This document shows, in pieces, positions 28,988-38,864 of a stretch of 64,000 nt of DNA. The stretch is from Vicinamibacteria bacterium (GTDB taxonomy: Bacteria; Acidobacteriota; Vicinamibacteria; Marinacidobacterales; Marinacidobacteraceae): contig OZ241322.1 of the NCBI GenBank assembly GCA_965199715.1, positions 672,001 through 736,000 on the forward strand. The letters run 5' to 3'. Numbering within the stretch: position 1 is the stretch's first letter; each line of letters opens with the position of its first letter. A program made the translations under genes and the position numbers. The notes under the pieces are model-generated. The model saw only the letters and a program-made list of their open reading frames with translations, did not search any database and was not told the DNA's origin.

Positions 28988-30123
28988 CGAGCCCCTCGAA
29001 GCGCGTCGCGGGGATCGACGCGCTGCGGGGCCTCGTCATGCTGCTGATGCTCGTGGACCACGTCCGCGAGACGGTCTTCCTGCACGTGCCGGTGGGCGAC
29101 CCGGTGGACGTCACCGCCGTGGCCCCGGGCCTCTTCTTTACCCGCTCGCTGGCCCATATCTGCGCCCCGGTCTTCATCTTCCTGACCGGACTCGGCGCGT
29201 GGTACCACCGCCAATCGCACACGGCGGCGGAGACCGGCGCCTTCCTCCTGAAGCGCGGGGCCTTCCTGATCGCGCTTGAGCTCACCGTGATCGGGTTCGC
29301 GTGGACCGCCGAGTTCCCGCCCTCGATGATCTTCTTGCAGGTGATCTGGTGCATCGGGATCTGCATGCTCGCGCTCGCCTTGCTGATGCGCCTCGGCCGC
29401 GCGATGCAGGTAGCCGTCGGAACGCTGCTCGTCGCCGGGCACAACCTGCTCGACGGGGTCGTGCTGACCGAGGCCTCGCCGTTCTTCGTCCCGTGGGCGA
29501 TCCTGCACCAGCGGGACCTCCTCGAGTTCGGGAGCGTGACCGCGCGCACGAGCTACCCGGTGCTGCCGTGGATCGGGGTCATCCTGCTCGGGTTCGCGTT
29601 CGGCCCGTGGTTCGCCCGAAAGCGCGCGGAGGGGACCGCCGTGAGGGGCCTTGTCGCCGTCGGGGCGGGGCTGCTCGCCGCCTTCGCCGCGATCCGGCTG
29701 TGGAACGGCTACGGCGATCTGCCGTGGTCCGTCGGGGACAGCGCCATGACGACGCTGATGAGCTTCCTCGCGCTGACCAAGTACCCGCCCTCGCTCCTGT
29801 TCGTGCTGATCACGCTGGGCGGCGGGGCGATTCTGCTCGCGCTGTTCGAACGCTACGGCGACCACAAGCTCACGACCGCGGTCGCGGTCTTCGGGGCCGC
29901 CCCGATGTTCTTCTACACCTTCCACCTCTACGCGCTGAAGGCCGGCTATCTGGTCGCGCACTCGATCTGGGGACCGAACCAGGGCGCGTACTTCGGGGTC
30001 GAGACGCTCGGCGCGATGTGGCTCGTCGCGCTCGCGCTGGCCCTGCCGCTGTACCTCCCGACCCGGCGTTTCGCCGAATGGAAGCGGCGGCGGCGCGACC
30101 TCGCGTGGCTTCGGTACTTCTAG
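28984..30123 (+). CDS. DUF1624 / HGSNAT-like membrane acyltransferase
   Basis: IDALRGLVMLLMLVDH, HICAPVF, YPVLPWIG and KYPPSL. Confidence 0.88.
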   Translation: MTSPSKRVAGIDALRGLVMLLMLVDHVRETVFLHVPVGDPVDVTAVAPGLFFTRSLAHICAPVFIFLTGLGAWYHRQSHTAAETGAFLLKRGAFLIALELTVIGFAWTAEFPPSMIFLQVIWCIGICMLALALLMRLGRAMQVAVGTLLVAGHNLLDGVVLTEASPFFVPWAILHQRDLLEFGSVTARTSYPVLPWIGVILLGFAFGPWFARKRAEGTAVRGLVAVGAGLLAAFAAIRLWNGYGDLPWSVGDSAMTTLMSFLALTKYPPSLLFVLITLGGGAILLALFERYGDHKLTTAVAVFGAAPMFFYTFHLYALKAGYLVAHSIWGPNQGAYFGVETLGAMWLVALALALPLYLPTRRFAEWKRRRRDLAWLRYF

Positions 30124-31328
30124 GAGAACGCCCCGCCGAGGAGCCACGACCCGCCGACGAAGGTGCCGATCGCGCTGCCGATCGTCGGCAGGACGAAAGC
30201 CAGCGCGATCCGCAGCACGCGGTTGCGGAACCACGCCCTCGGCTGGAGCGCCTCCGCCCGGACCGAGCGCAGTTCGAAGACCCGGGGCGGCCGAACCCAC
30301 GCTTGGACGAAGGCCGTGACGTACCCCGCCCCGATCACCGGGGTCAGGCTGGTGAACGGCGCGGCGACGAGCGCGGCGAGCACCGTGAGCGGGTGCGCCC
30401 GCGCGAGGATCGCGCCGAGCGCCGCCGGAACGCTGTTGACCAGCACCCACATCATCGCGCCGGCGGAGGCGGCCTCGGGGCCCCGGGTCGCCCACGTCCA
30501 GGCCAGCAGCGAGAGCACGAGCGCCGGAATCCCGATCCCGAGCGCGCGCCCGAGAAGCCCCTTCTTCGGCAGCTCGGCGAGCGGCGCGGTGTCGCGCCCC
30601 TCCTCCTCCACGAGTTGGCGCTCGACCCCGTCGAGGTGGCCAGCTCCGACCACGGCGACGAGCCGCTGTCCCGGAGTCTCCCGCACCCGCTCCGCGATCC
30701 AGACGTCGCGCTCGTCGATCACCACTTCCTTCAGCATCGGGAGGGCTTCGCCGAGCTCGGCCACGAGCCGGGTGATGACGTCCCGGGAAAGCAGGTTCCG
30801 CAGCTCGTCGTCCGAAGGCTCCGCCCCCGAAGCGGGCTCGAGCCCCTGCGAGAGCGCCCGAACCTTCTGGAGGAACCCCGCGCGCCGCCAGGTCCGCAAG
30901 AGCGTGATCCGGATGTTCCGATCCACGAGACGCAGCGGCGCGCCGACCGACTCGGCGGCGAGCGCCGCCTCGCGCAGCTCCGCTCCCGGCTCCACGCCGA
31001 GCCGGAGCCCGAGCCGCGCCTGCCACGCCCCCAGCACGATCCCGACCAGCAGCGGCGTCAGCCGGCCCTGCCGGATCACCTGGAGGAGGTCCAGCTTCTC
31101 GATCATCTCGGGGCGCATCAGCGTCTCGAAGCGGCCCTCGTCGAGCTCGACGCAGACGCCGTCCGGCCGCAGCCGCTCGATCGTCTCCCGCACCAGCCGG
31201 ACCGACTCGGGCGAGATGTGCGCGGTGCCGACGAGAACGGCCTCGCGCCCCGGCTCCCAGCCTGCGGGCCGCAGCGTCCGGACGAGGCCCTCGCCGGAGG
31301 GATCCGCGGCCGTCGGAGTGTCGGACAT
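30120..31328 (-). CDS. TraB/GumN (pheromone shutdown) family protein
   Basis: LVGTAHISPES, VCVELD, DRNIRITL, DERD and VVGAGH, with C-terminal TMs. Confidence 0.9.
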   Translation of the reverse strand: MSDTPTAADPSGEGLVRTLRPAGWEPGREAVLVGTAHISPESVRLVRETIERLRPDGVCVELDEGRFETLMRPEMIEKLDLLQVIRQGRLTPLLVGIVLGAWQARLGLRLGVEPGAELREAALAAESVGAPLRLVDRNIRITLLRTWRRAGFLQKVRALSQGLEPASGAEPSDDELRNLLSRDVITRLVAELGEALPMLKEVVIDERDVWIAERVRETPGQRLVAVVGAGHLDGVERQLVEEEGRDTAPLAELPKKGLLGRALGIGIPALVLSLLAWTWATRGPEAASAGAMMWVLVNSVPAALGAILARAHPLTVLAALVAAPFTSLTPVIGAGYVTAFVQAWVRPPRVFELRSVRAEALQPRAWFRNRVLRIALAFVLPTIGSAIGTFVGGSWLLGGAFS

Positions 31329-31373
31329 TCGACGGGAGTTTAGGGGCGCGAAGCGGTTAGCCTCTCGCACGCT

Positions 31374-32261
31374 ATGCGATCGCTGGTTGTCGCCGGGGAC
31401 AGCTTCGAGGACATCATCTTCGCTGGCCTTCCGCGGATGCCGCGCGCCGGCGAGGAGATGCGCACGCCGCACTTCGCCCGGACGTACGGGGGCGGGGCGC
31501 TCATCACGGCGGCGTGGGCCCGGCGCGAGGGGATCCCCATTTCGCTGCTCTCGGCGCTGCCGCCCAAGGTCCCGACGACGCTGCGCGACGAGGGAATCCA
31601 CGCCGTGAACCTGCGCCGCCACGGCGAGCCGCACGCCCTCACCACGTGCCTTTCGGCGAAGGACGACCGGGCGTTCGCGACCTTCGACGGCGCGAACGTC
31701 GCACTGGAGGAACGCCTGCTCCCGGCGCTCCTCCAGCCGGGGCTGGTCACCGAGCGGGACGCCCTGCATCTGGCGACCTCGCCCGCCGCGCCGGAGCGGT
31801 GGCTGGATCTCTTCGGAACGCTCGCTCGGGGCGGCGCGCCGCGGGAGATTTTCTGGGACTTCGGGTGGGACCGGAAGCTGCCCGGAAGGCCGGGGTTCAA
31901 GGAACTCGTGGCGGCCTCGACCGGCGTGTTCGTGAACGCGCTCGAGCGGCAGCTCTACGACGTGAACGGCGCCCTCACCCGCGCCGCCACGAAGGGAACG
32001 ATGGTGGTCGTGAAGCACGGCGGCGACGGCGCGGAGATCCTCGGCGAGCCGGGCAGCCGCGTGGCCGCCCCCGCCCCGATCCTCGGCTCCCGCGACACGA
32101 CCGGAGCCGGCGACGCGTTCGCCGCCGGATTCCTCGCCCAGCGGTTCGCCGGCGGCGACGTGCGCCAGCAGTTGCTCCACGGCAACGCGCTCGGAGCCGC
32201 GTGCGTCCAGATCCTCGGCGGCCTCCCGGAGCGGCCGTGGAACGCCAAGCGGAAGCCGTGA
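31374..32261 (+). CDS. PfkB family carbohydrate kinase
   Basis: YGGGA and DTTGAGDAFAAG. Confidence 0.9.
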   Translation: MRSLVVAGDSFEDIIFAGLPRMPRAGEEMRTPHFARTYGGGALITAAWARREGIPISLLSALPPKVPTTLRDEGIHAVNLRRHGEPHALTTCLSAKDDRAFATFDGANVALEERLLPALLQPGLVTERDALHLATSPAAPERWLDLFGTLARGGAPREIFWDFGWDRKLPGRPGFKELVAASTGVFVNALERQLYDVNGALTRAATKGTMVVVKHGGDGAEILGEPGSRVAAPAPILGSRDTTGAGDAFAAGFLAQRFAGGDVRQQLLHGNALGAACVQILGGLPERPWNAKRKP

Positions 32262-33622
32262 GGGTCGCGCTGCTGGGAGGCGGAGGCTTCCGCGCGCCGC
32301 TGCTGGCGCGGGCGCTCGGGTCCGCCGGCCCCGGAGTCGAGGAGCTGTGGCTTCACGACCCCGATCCGGCGCGGCTCGCCGCAGCGGCCGAGGTCGCCCG
32401 TGCGCTGGCCCCCGGCCTCCGGATCGAGCAGACCGGCGAAGCCGCCGAGGCGATCCGGGGCGCCCGCTTCGTGATCGCTGCGATCCGGGTCGGCGGCCAG
32501 GGGGCGCGCGCGGCTGACGAGCGGCGGCTCCTCGAGGCCGGCGCACTCGGCCAGGAGACCGTCGGCGCGGGCGGCGCGGCGCTGCTGATGCGGAATCTCC
32601 CGGCGATGCTGGAGCTGGCGGCCGCGGTGGAGCGCGAGGCGCCGGACGCGCTCCTCGTCAATTACACGAATCCGGCCGGCCTCGTGACCGAAGCCGTGCT
32701 GAAGGAGGTCGGGATCCGCGCGGTCGGGATCTGCGACACCCCGGCGGAACTGGCCGACCGGGTCGCCCGGCTGCTCCATCTGGACCTCGAGCGGATGACG
32801 TTCTCGTGGTCGGGGATCAACCACTGCGGCTACCTCACGGAAATGCACGAGGAGGAACGCCCGGCGCGCGCCGACTTCCTGCACGCCGGCGTCCCCGACC
32901 CGTGGGCGCTTCCCCCCGAGAATCGGCTCGCCGATCTCTTCCGCGATCCCGACCGCCTCCGCCGCGCGCACTCCGGCGGGCTCTTCGAGCCGGAGGAAAT
33001 GGCCGGAGCGATCCCGTCGGAGTACTGCTTCCTGCACCTGCGGCCCGGCCTCGCCGCGTCGCGCGCCCGGGTAGCCGGAACGACCCGGGGCGAGGCCATC
33101 CAGGAATTCGAGAAGCCGTTCTTCGAGGCGCCCCCCGGCGAGCGGGTCCGCCGCTACGAGGCGGCACTGCGAAATCGGGAGGACTCCTACTTCCGGATCG
33201 AGAGCGAGGGGGACGCCGCGCCCCGCAGCGACCGGATCGGAAGCACGGAAGCCACCGGGTACGACCGGATCGGCCTTTCGGTGATCCGGGCCGTGCTCGA
33301 ACGACCGGCGCGGATCGTCGTGAACGCGCGCAACTGGACCGCGCTCGGCGGCCCCGCCGTGCCCGAACTCGCGACGGACGACGTGGCGGAGTGCCCCGCG
33401 GTCGTCGGCTCGGACGAAGCCGGGCGCGCCATGATCCAGCCCCTGCCCCAACCCCCGCTCCCCGCGGATAAGGGCCGGCTCCTGCGCCGGGTCCGCGCCG
33501 CCGAGCGCGGCTTCCTCGAGGCGGCGCTGCGCCGCGACGTCGCGCTCGCCCAGGATGCGGTGCGCGAGCATCCCGCGGGCGGCCCCGAGGCCGCGGCGGT
33601 CTTGCCCTCGCTGTGCCTGTGA
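32258..33622 (+). CDS. Glycoside hydrolase family 4 (6-phospho-beta-glucosidase-like)
   Basis: LLGGGGFR Rossmann motif, IRVGG, GQETVGAGG, NYTNP, GICD and GINH. Confidence 0.88.
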   Translation: MRVALLGGGGFRAPLLARALGSAGPGVEELWLHDPDPARLAAAAEVARALAPGLRIEQTGEAAEAIRGARFVIAAIRVGGQGARAADERRLLEAGALGQETVGAGGAALLMRNLPAMLELAAAVEREAPDALLVNYTNPAGLVTEAVLKEVGIRAVGICDTPAELADRVARLLHLDLERMTFSWSGINHCGYLTEMHEEERPARADFLHAGVPDPWALPPENRLADLFRDPDRLRRAHSGGLFEPEEMAGAIPSEYCFLHLRPGLAASRARVAGTTRGEAIQEFEKPFFEAPPGERVRRYEAALRNREDSYFRIESEGDAAPRSDRIGSTEATGYDRIGLSVIRAVLERPARIVVNARNWTALGGPAVPELATDDVAECPAVVGSDEAGRAMIQPLPQPPLPADKGRLLRRVRAAERGFLEAALRRDVALAQDAVREHPAGGPEAAAVLPSLCL

Positions 33623-33976
33623 CCGCCCCCGACCTCTCCCGGATCACCGGCTTCATCTGGAACTTCGCCGACGACGTGCTCCGGGACGTCTACGTCCGGG
33701 GCAAGTACCGGGACGTCATCCTGCCGATGACGGTGCTGCGTCGCCTCGACGCCGTGCTCGAAGGCACGAGGCAGGCCGTGCTCGACGCCGGGGCCGCGCT
33801 CGACCGGGCGGGAATCGTGGAGCAGGACGCGGCGCGGCGCAGCGCCGCCGGGCGCGACTTCTACGACGTCTCCCGGTTCAGCATGCGGGACCTCCGCGGC
33901 CGCGCCACCAAGCAGCGGCCCGAGGCGGACTTCCGAATGTGGCTCGACGGCTTCTCGCCCGACGTCCAGGACATCT
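33619..33976 (+). pseudogene. hsdM: Truncated type I restriction-modification M subunit (HsdM N-terminal domain only)
   Basis: FIWNFADDVLRDVYVRGKYRDVILPMTVLRRLDAVLE...DGFSPDVQDI, after which similarity ends. No SAM-binding or NPPY motif follows. Confidence 0.8.
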
Positions 33977-33997
33977 CTACTCCGCGGCGTCGCCCTG

Positions 33998-34669
33998 ATG
34001 CGGAGAATCCGCGACGACCTCAACCGGAAGTGCGAAGAGATAGGCACGGAGAAGTTCGACGAATGGATGGACTCCCGGCCCTATCGAAATCCCCGCTTCG
34101 CGAGGGTCGCGGCGCGGCGCCAGGAAACTGAGGACGGGAACGGAGCGAACGCCCGCTCGCTGACGCGTCCTACAGCTCAAGCCCGCCGCCGAGCTGCTGT
34201 TCCGGCGCCGCGACCACCGCGGACCTACGTGGACACGACGATGTTCGGCGGTCTGGACGACTGGCGCTTCGACGTTCCGACCTCGGAGTTGTTCAGGGCG
34301 TTTCGCGAGGGCCGGGCGATTCTCGTGATTTCCCGACTCACGCTCGGGGAGCTGGAAGCGGAGCCGGAACGCGTGCGCACGCTCTCGGAAGCCGTGCCCG
34401 AAGCGAACATGGAAGTGCTCGCCGCCTCGGCCGGGGCCGAGGCGCTGGCCGACGCATACATCGAGACCGGGCTCATGGAGCCGCGCAGCCGCAGCGATGC
34501 GCTCCACATCGCTCTTGCGAGCGCGGCGGGCGTGGACCCGCTTTCGAGATGGGATTTCACGCACATGACGTGGTCGGGGCGTCTGGATGCGTTCAACCGA
34601 GTGAATCGGCGGTTCGGGCATTCCGACATCCTGATCACCGATCCCGCGCACCGTAGCTGTGTCGTCTGA
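33998..34669 (+). CDS. PIN-domain (VapC-like) protein with N-terminal antitoxin-like segment
   Basis: TYVDTTMFGG...ISRLTLGEL...DALHIALA...WDFTHM...FNRVNRRFG PIN pattern. Confidence 0.72.
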   Translation: MRRIRDDLNRKCEEIGTEKFDEWMDSRPYRNPRFARVAARRQETEDGNGANARSLTRPTAQARRRAAVPAPRPPRTYVDTTMFGGLDDWRFDVPTSELFRAFREGRAILVISRLTLGELEAEPERVRTLSEAVPEANMEVLAASAGAEALADAYIETGLMEPRSRSDALHIALASAAGVDPLSRWDFTHMTWSGRLDAFNRVNRRFGHSDILITDPAHRSCVV

Positions 34670-34704
34670 AGGACGCCGCGAAGACGCTCCAAGGCATTCC
34701 CCTG

Positions 34705-35007
34705 ATGCGACGCCTGCGCGATCGGTTCAACGCCCGAATCGTGGACATGACCCCCGAGGAGCGCGTCGCCTGGATCCACTCCCTTCGGCACGGCGACCCT
34801 CGGTTCGCCCGACTTGCGGCGATGGCGCGTGACCCGGAGGACGCCCGGCGCGAAGCCGCTCGGCGACGACGAGCGGAGGGGCGAATCTTCCGACGGCGGG
34901 AGAAGCGACTGACGGGAGCGGGAGAAAGATCCCCGCGACCAGAGTTCTGGAACTCCGCCCGGCTCGAACGCGAGGCCCGACCGGAAGCGCACGGTATCTT
35001 TCCTTGA
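34705..35007 (+). CDS. Putative antitoxin-like small protein
   Basis: MRRLRDRFNARIVDMTPEERVAW resembles small partners found after this PIN type, and is similar to the N-terminus of 33998..34669. Confidence 0.5.
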   Translation: MRRLRDRFNARIVDMTPEERVAWIHSLRHGDPRFARLAAMARDPEDARREAARRRRAEGRIFRRREKRLTGAGERSPRPEFWNSARLEREARPEAHGIFP

Positions 35008-35009
35008 CG

Positions 35010-36425
35010 ATGCTCCTCCGGCTCGCCCCTCTCCTGATCGGCGGACTGCTCGCCGCTCCGCTCGCCTCGGCCCAGCCGTTTCCCGATCCGGGCGATCCGT
35101 TCGCCGAGGATCCCTTCGGCGACCGGTTCGGTGCGCCCGATCCGCGCCAGGTGGAGTCGCTCGTGCGCACCGCGCTCTTCGGGCGGCGGGGGCCGGCCCG
35201 CACCCGCGCGCTGGGGGCTCTGATCGAGCGCGACCGGAACGACGTGGTGCCCGCGTTCATCGCGACGCTGCGGGTGCTTCCCGACGAGGACGGCCAGTTG
35301 CTGCGCACGCTCCGGCGCCTCGCCCGCGCCGACATCGGGCGCGACTGGAAGGCGTGGACCGAGTGGCAGGAGGAGCACGACGAGATCCGCCCGTACCGCG
35401 GCTTCGACGCGCTCAAGAGCGACATCCTCGCCGGGATCGACCCGGCGTTCCGCGATTTCGTGCATCGCGGGGTCAAGCACGAGATCCGCATCGAGGAGAT
35501 CGTTTGGGGCGGAGTCAAGAAGGACGGCATCCCGGCGCTCACGAATCCGCCCCGCATCCCGGCGGAGGAAGCCGACTACCTCACGCCCGGCGAACTGGTC
35601 TTCGGCGTGGAGATCGCGGGCGACGCGCGGGCCTATCCGCTGCGCATCCTCGACTGGCACGAGATGTTCAACGACGTGATCGGCGGCGTGCCGGTGTCGC
35701 TCGCCTACTGCACCCTGTGCGGGTCCGGCATCCTCTTCGACGGCCGCGTCCCGGGGCGGCGCAAGCCGTTCGTCTTCGGCTCGTCGGGGCTGCTCTACCG
35801 GTCCAACAAGCTGATGTACGACACCGAGACCGAGTCGCTGTGGAACCAGTTCACCGGCCGCCCGGTGGTCGGCGCACTCACCGGATCGGACATCCGGCTC
35901 AAGATGCTGCCCGTCGTGATCGCGAGCTGGGCGGACTGGAAAGCGGACCACCCGGACACCACGGTCCTGAGTCTTGACACCGGCTACGAGCGCGACTATC
36001 GGCCGGGCCAGCCTTACGGCTCCTACTTCGCGAGCCCCGAGCTGATGTTCCCGGTCGTGGTGCGCGACCGCCGTCTCGACCCGAAGGACCGCATCTTCGT
36101 CCTGCGCGAGGGCGAGGACGAGATGGCGTGGGCGGTCTCGCTGTTCACGGCGAGCCCGGTGCTCCACGATCGGGTAGGCGCGCTGCCGGTCGTCCTCGTC
36201 GGCGCGCCCGAGACCGAGACGGTGCGGGCCTTCCATTCGGGCGGGCGGACGTTCCGGCCCGGCGATGATCCGAAGACGCTCCTGACCGACGAGGGCGCCT
36301 GGACCGTCGGCGAGGACGCGCTTACCGGACCCGGCGGCGAGACGCTCGCCCGGCTCCCCGGACACGTCGCCTACTGGTTCGCCTGGCAGAGCTACATGGG
36401 CGACCGCCCGGCGCGGGTCGAATAG
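35010..36425 (+). CDS. DUF3179 domain protein, secreted
   Basis: GGVKKDGIPAL, RAYPLRILDWHEMFND, YCTLCGSG, SGLLYRSNKLMYD and YWFAW. Confidence 0.88.
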   Translation: MLLRLAPLLIGGLLAAPLASAQPFPDPGDPFAEDPFGDRFGAPDPRQVESLVRTALFGRRGPARTRALGALIERDRNDVVPAFIATLRVLPDEDGQLLRTLRRLARADIGRDWKAWTEWQEEHDEIRPYRGFDALKSDILAGIDPAFRDFVHRGVKHEIRIEEIVWGGVKKDGIPALTNPPRIPAEEADYLTPGELVFGVEIAGDARAYPLRILDWHEMFNDVIGGVPVSLAYCTLCGSGILFDGRVPGRRKPFVFGSSGLLYRSNKLMYDTETESLWNQFTGRPVVGALTGSDIRLKMLPVVIASWADWKADHPDTTVLSLDTGYERDYRPGQPYGSYFASPELMFPVVVRDRRLDPKDRIFVLREGEDEMAWAVSLFTASPVLHDRVGALPVVLVGAPETETVRAFHSGGRTFRPGDDPKTLLTDEGAWTVGEDALTGPGGETLARLPGHVAYWFAWQSYMGDRPARVE

Positions 36426-36435
36426 CGCCGGTCCC

Positions 36436-37776
36436 ATGAGTCAGACGGGACCGGACGCCGCCCTCGAGCGGCGGATGGGCCTGCTGGGGGCCACCGCCAC
36501 CAACATCATCGGGATGGTCGGGATCGGCCCGTTCCTGACGATTCCGCTGATGGTCGCCGCGATGGGCGGCCCCCACATCGTCTGGGCGTGGCTCCTCGGG
36601 GCCGTGCTCTCGCTCGCCGACGGACTCGTGTACGCCCAGCTCGGCGCTGCGCTCCCGGGCAGCGGCGGCCCCTACCTCTACTTGCGGGAGGCGTTCCGGC
36701 CCTTCGGGCTGGGACGGCTCATGGCTTTCCTGTTCCTCTTCCACATCCTGCTCGTCGCCCCGCTCTCGCTCGCCGGCGGCGCGGTCGGGTTCGCCGACTA
36801 CCTCGGCTACTACCTGCCCGAGATGGGGCGGACGCCGCACGACCTGGCCGCCGCCTCGGTGTGCCTTCTCGTCGGGTTCCTGCTGTACCGGAACATCGAC
36901 TCGGTCGAGCGGCTCACGAAGGCCATGCTGGCGCTCGTGCTGGCCACCACCGGCTGGGTCATCGTCGCCGGCCTGATGCACGGCTCCGGGCTTCCTGCGC
37001 TCGCGCCGCCCGACGGCTGGGGCCCCGGTTTCTGGACCAGCCTCGGCGCGACCGCCGTGATCGCCATGTACAGCTTCGGCGGGTACAACCAGGTCTGCAA
37101 CATCGCAGGGGAGGTCCGCGACCCGGCGCGCAACATCCCGCGCTCGATCCTGCTCTCGATCGCCGTCGTGGGCGCGATCTACGTAGCCATGACCACGGTC
37201 ATGCTGAGCGCGATCCCGTGGAAGGAGGCGGAGCGGAGCAACACGCTGGCGTCCACCTTCATCGCCCGCACCGTGTCCGATCCCGGCCTCGGGGCCATGG
37301 CCGGCTCGGTCGTCACCGCGATGATCCTCACGGTCGCGATCGCGTCGGTGTTCGCGTTCGCGCTCGGTTACTCCCGGATGCCGTGGGCGGCGGCCCGGGA
37401 CGGCCAGTTCTTCGCCGTCTTCGGGAAGCTGCATCCGACGCGGCGCTTCCCGCACGTTTCGCTGATCGTCCTGATCGCAGCCTCGATCCCCTTTTGTTTC
37501 TTCACGTTGGGCCAGCTCGTGAACTGGCTCATGCAGGTGCAGATCCTGCTCCGGTTCGCGTGGCAGTGCGTCGCAGTCATCCTGCTGGCGCGCTACCGGA
37601 AGGACATCGACCAGCCGTTCCGGATGTGGCTCCACCCCCTGCCCGCGCTCGTCTCGCTCGGCCTGTGGATCGCGCTCTTCCTCACCGGACCGACGAGCGG
37701 AGTCTGGTTCTCGCTCGGATTCCTCGCGCTGGGATGCATCGTGTATCTCGGATTCCGGGCCACTCGCGAGGCCTGA
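36436..37776 (+). CDS. APC family amino acid permease
   Basis: GMVGIGPF, GSGGPYLYL and GEVRDPARNIPRSI, about 12 TMs. Confidence 0.9.
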   Translation: MSQTGPDAALERRMGLLGATATNIIGMVGIGPFLTIPLMVAAMGGPHIVWAWLLGAVLSLADGLVYAQLGAALPGSGGPYLYLREAFRPFGLGRLMAFLFLFHILLVAPLSLAGGAVGFADYLGYYLPEMGRTPHDLAAASVCLLVGFLLYRNIDSVERLTKAMLALVLATTGWVIVAGLMHGSGLPALAPPDGWGPGFWTSLGATAVIAMYSFGGYNQVCNIAGEVRDPARNIPRSILLSIAVVGAIYVAMTTVMLSAIPWKEAERSNTLASTFIARTVSDPGLGAMAGSVVTAMILTVAIASVFAFALGYSRMPWAAARDGQFFAVFGKLHPTRRFPHVSLIVLIAASIPFCFFTLGQLVNWLMQVQILLRFAWQCVAVILLARYRKDIDQPFRMWLHPLPALVSLGLWIALFLTGPTSGVWFSLGFLALGCIVYLGFRATREA

Positions 37777-38864
37777 TGGATCTCGACGCGCTGCGGCGCG
37801 AGCTCGCCGAGGTGGACCGGCAAATCCTCGACGCCTGGGCCCGGCGCGACGCGATCACGACGGCGATCGGCCGCGCCAAGCAGGCGGCGGGCCGGCCCAT
37901 CCACGATCCCGGCCAGGAGCGGCAGGTGCTGGACCGCGCCCGCGCCCACGCCCGGGAACGGGGCCTCGCTCCCGACATCGCGGCGGACGTGCTGCGCCTG
38001 CTCATGCGCTCGTCCCTCGGCCGGCAGGAAGACCATCGCGTGCGCAGTCAGTGGCTCGGGGACGACCGGCCCGCGCTCGTCATCGGGGGCGGCGGGCGGA
38101 TGGGACGCTGGTTCTGCCGCTTCCTCGGCGCGCAGGGATACCGCGTCACCGCGGCCGATCCGGCCGACGCGCCGATCGGGATCCCGCGGGTGGAGGACTG
38201 GCGCGCGACCCGCGACGAGTTCGCGCTCACGGTGGTCGCGACCCCCATCGCCGCCACCGGGAAGACGCTCGAGGATCTCGCCGCGCGGCGCCGCTCGGGC
38301 CTGATCTTCGACATCGGCTCGGTCAAGGCGCCGCTCGCGAAGGGGCACGATGCGCTCGCCCGCGCCGGGCGCCACGCCGCCTCGGTGCACCCGATGTTCG
38401 GCCCGGACGCCCACGTGCTCCACGGCTGCCACGTCCTCGTCATGGACGTCGGCGACGAGGCGGCGCGGGAGGAGGCCGCCCGCGTCTTCGACGGCACCAC
38501 CGCGGAGGTCCTGCGCATCCCGCTCGCGGACCACGACCCGCTCATGTCCTACGTGCTCGGGCTGTCCCACGCCCTCAACCTCGCGTTCCTCCGGGCGCTC
38601 TCGAGAAGCGGCGAGCAGGCCCCCGCCCTCGCCCGGATCTCGAGCGTGACGTTCAACCGCCAGCTCGGCGTGGCGGCGGCGGTGGCCGGCGAGAACCCGC
38701 GCCTCTACTACGAGATCCAGCACGCGAACCCCCACGGCGACCGCGCCCTCGCCGGCCTCCTCGAGGCGGTGACCCGGCTTCGGGAGGCCGCCGCCGGGGA
38801 CGAGGCGGCGTTCGTCCGGATCATGGAGGAGGGGCTCGAGTACCTGAGCCGCCGCCCCGCCTAG
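37776..38864 (+). CDS. tyrA: Bifunctional chorismate mutase / prephenate dehydrogenase
   Basis: LDALRRELAEVDRQIL (AroQ CM domain), IGGGGRMG, DIGSVK, HPMFGP and HDPLMSYVLGLSH. Confidence 0.88.
   Translation: MDLDALRRELAEVDRQILDAWARRDAITTAIGRAKQAAGRPIHDPGQERQVLDRARAHARERGLAPDIAADVLRLLMRSSLGRQEDHRVRSQWLGDDRPALVIGGGGRMGRWFCRFLGAQGYRVTAADPADAPIGIPRVEDWRATRDEFALTVVATPIAATGKTLEDLAARRRSGLIFDIGSVKAPLAKGHDALARAGRHAASVHPMFGPDAHVLHGCHVLVMDVGDEAAREEAARVFDGTTAEVLRIPLADHDPLMSYVLGLSHALNLAFLRALSRSGEQAPALARISSVTFNRQLGVAAAVAGENPRLYYEIQHANPHGDRALAGLLEAVTRLREAAAGDEAAFVRIMEEGLEYLSRRPA

Noticed and set aside
35079-35145. DPF/DPG peptide repeats at the DUF3179 N-terminus
   Set aside because: Low-complexity linker, not a regular DNA repeat or array.
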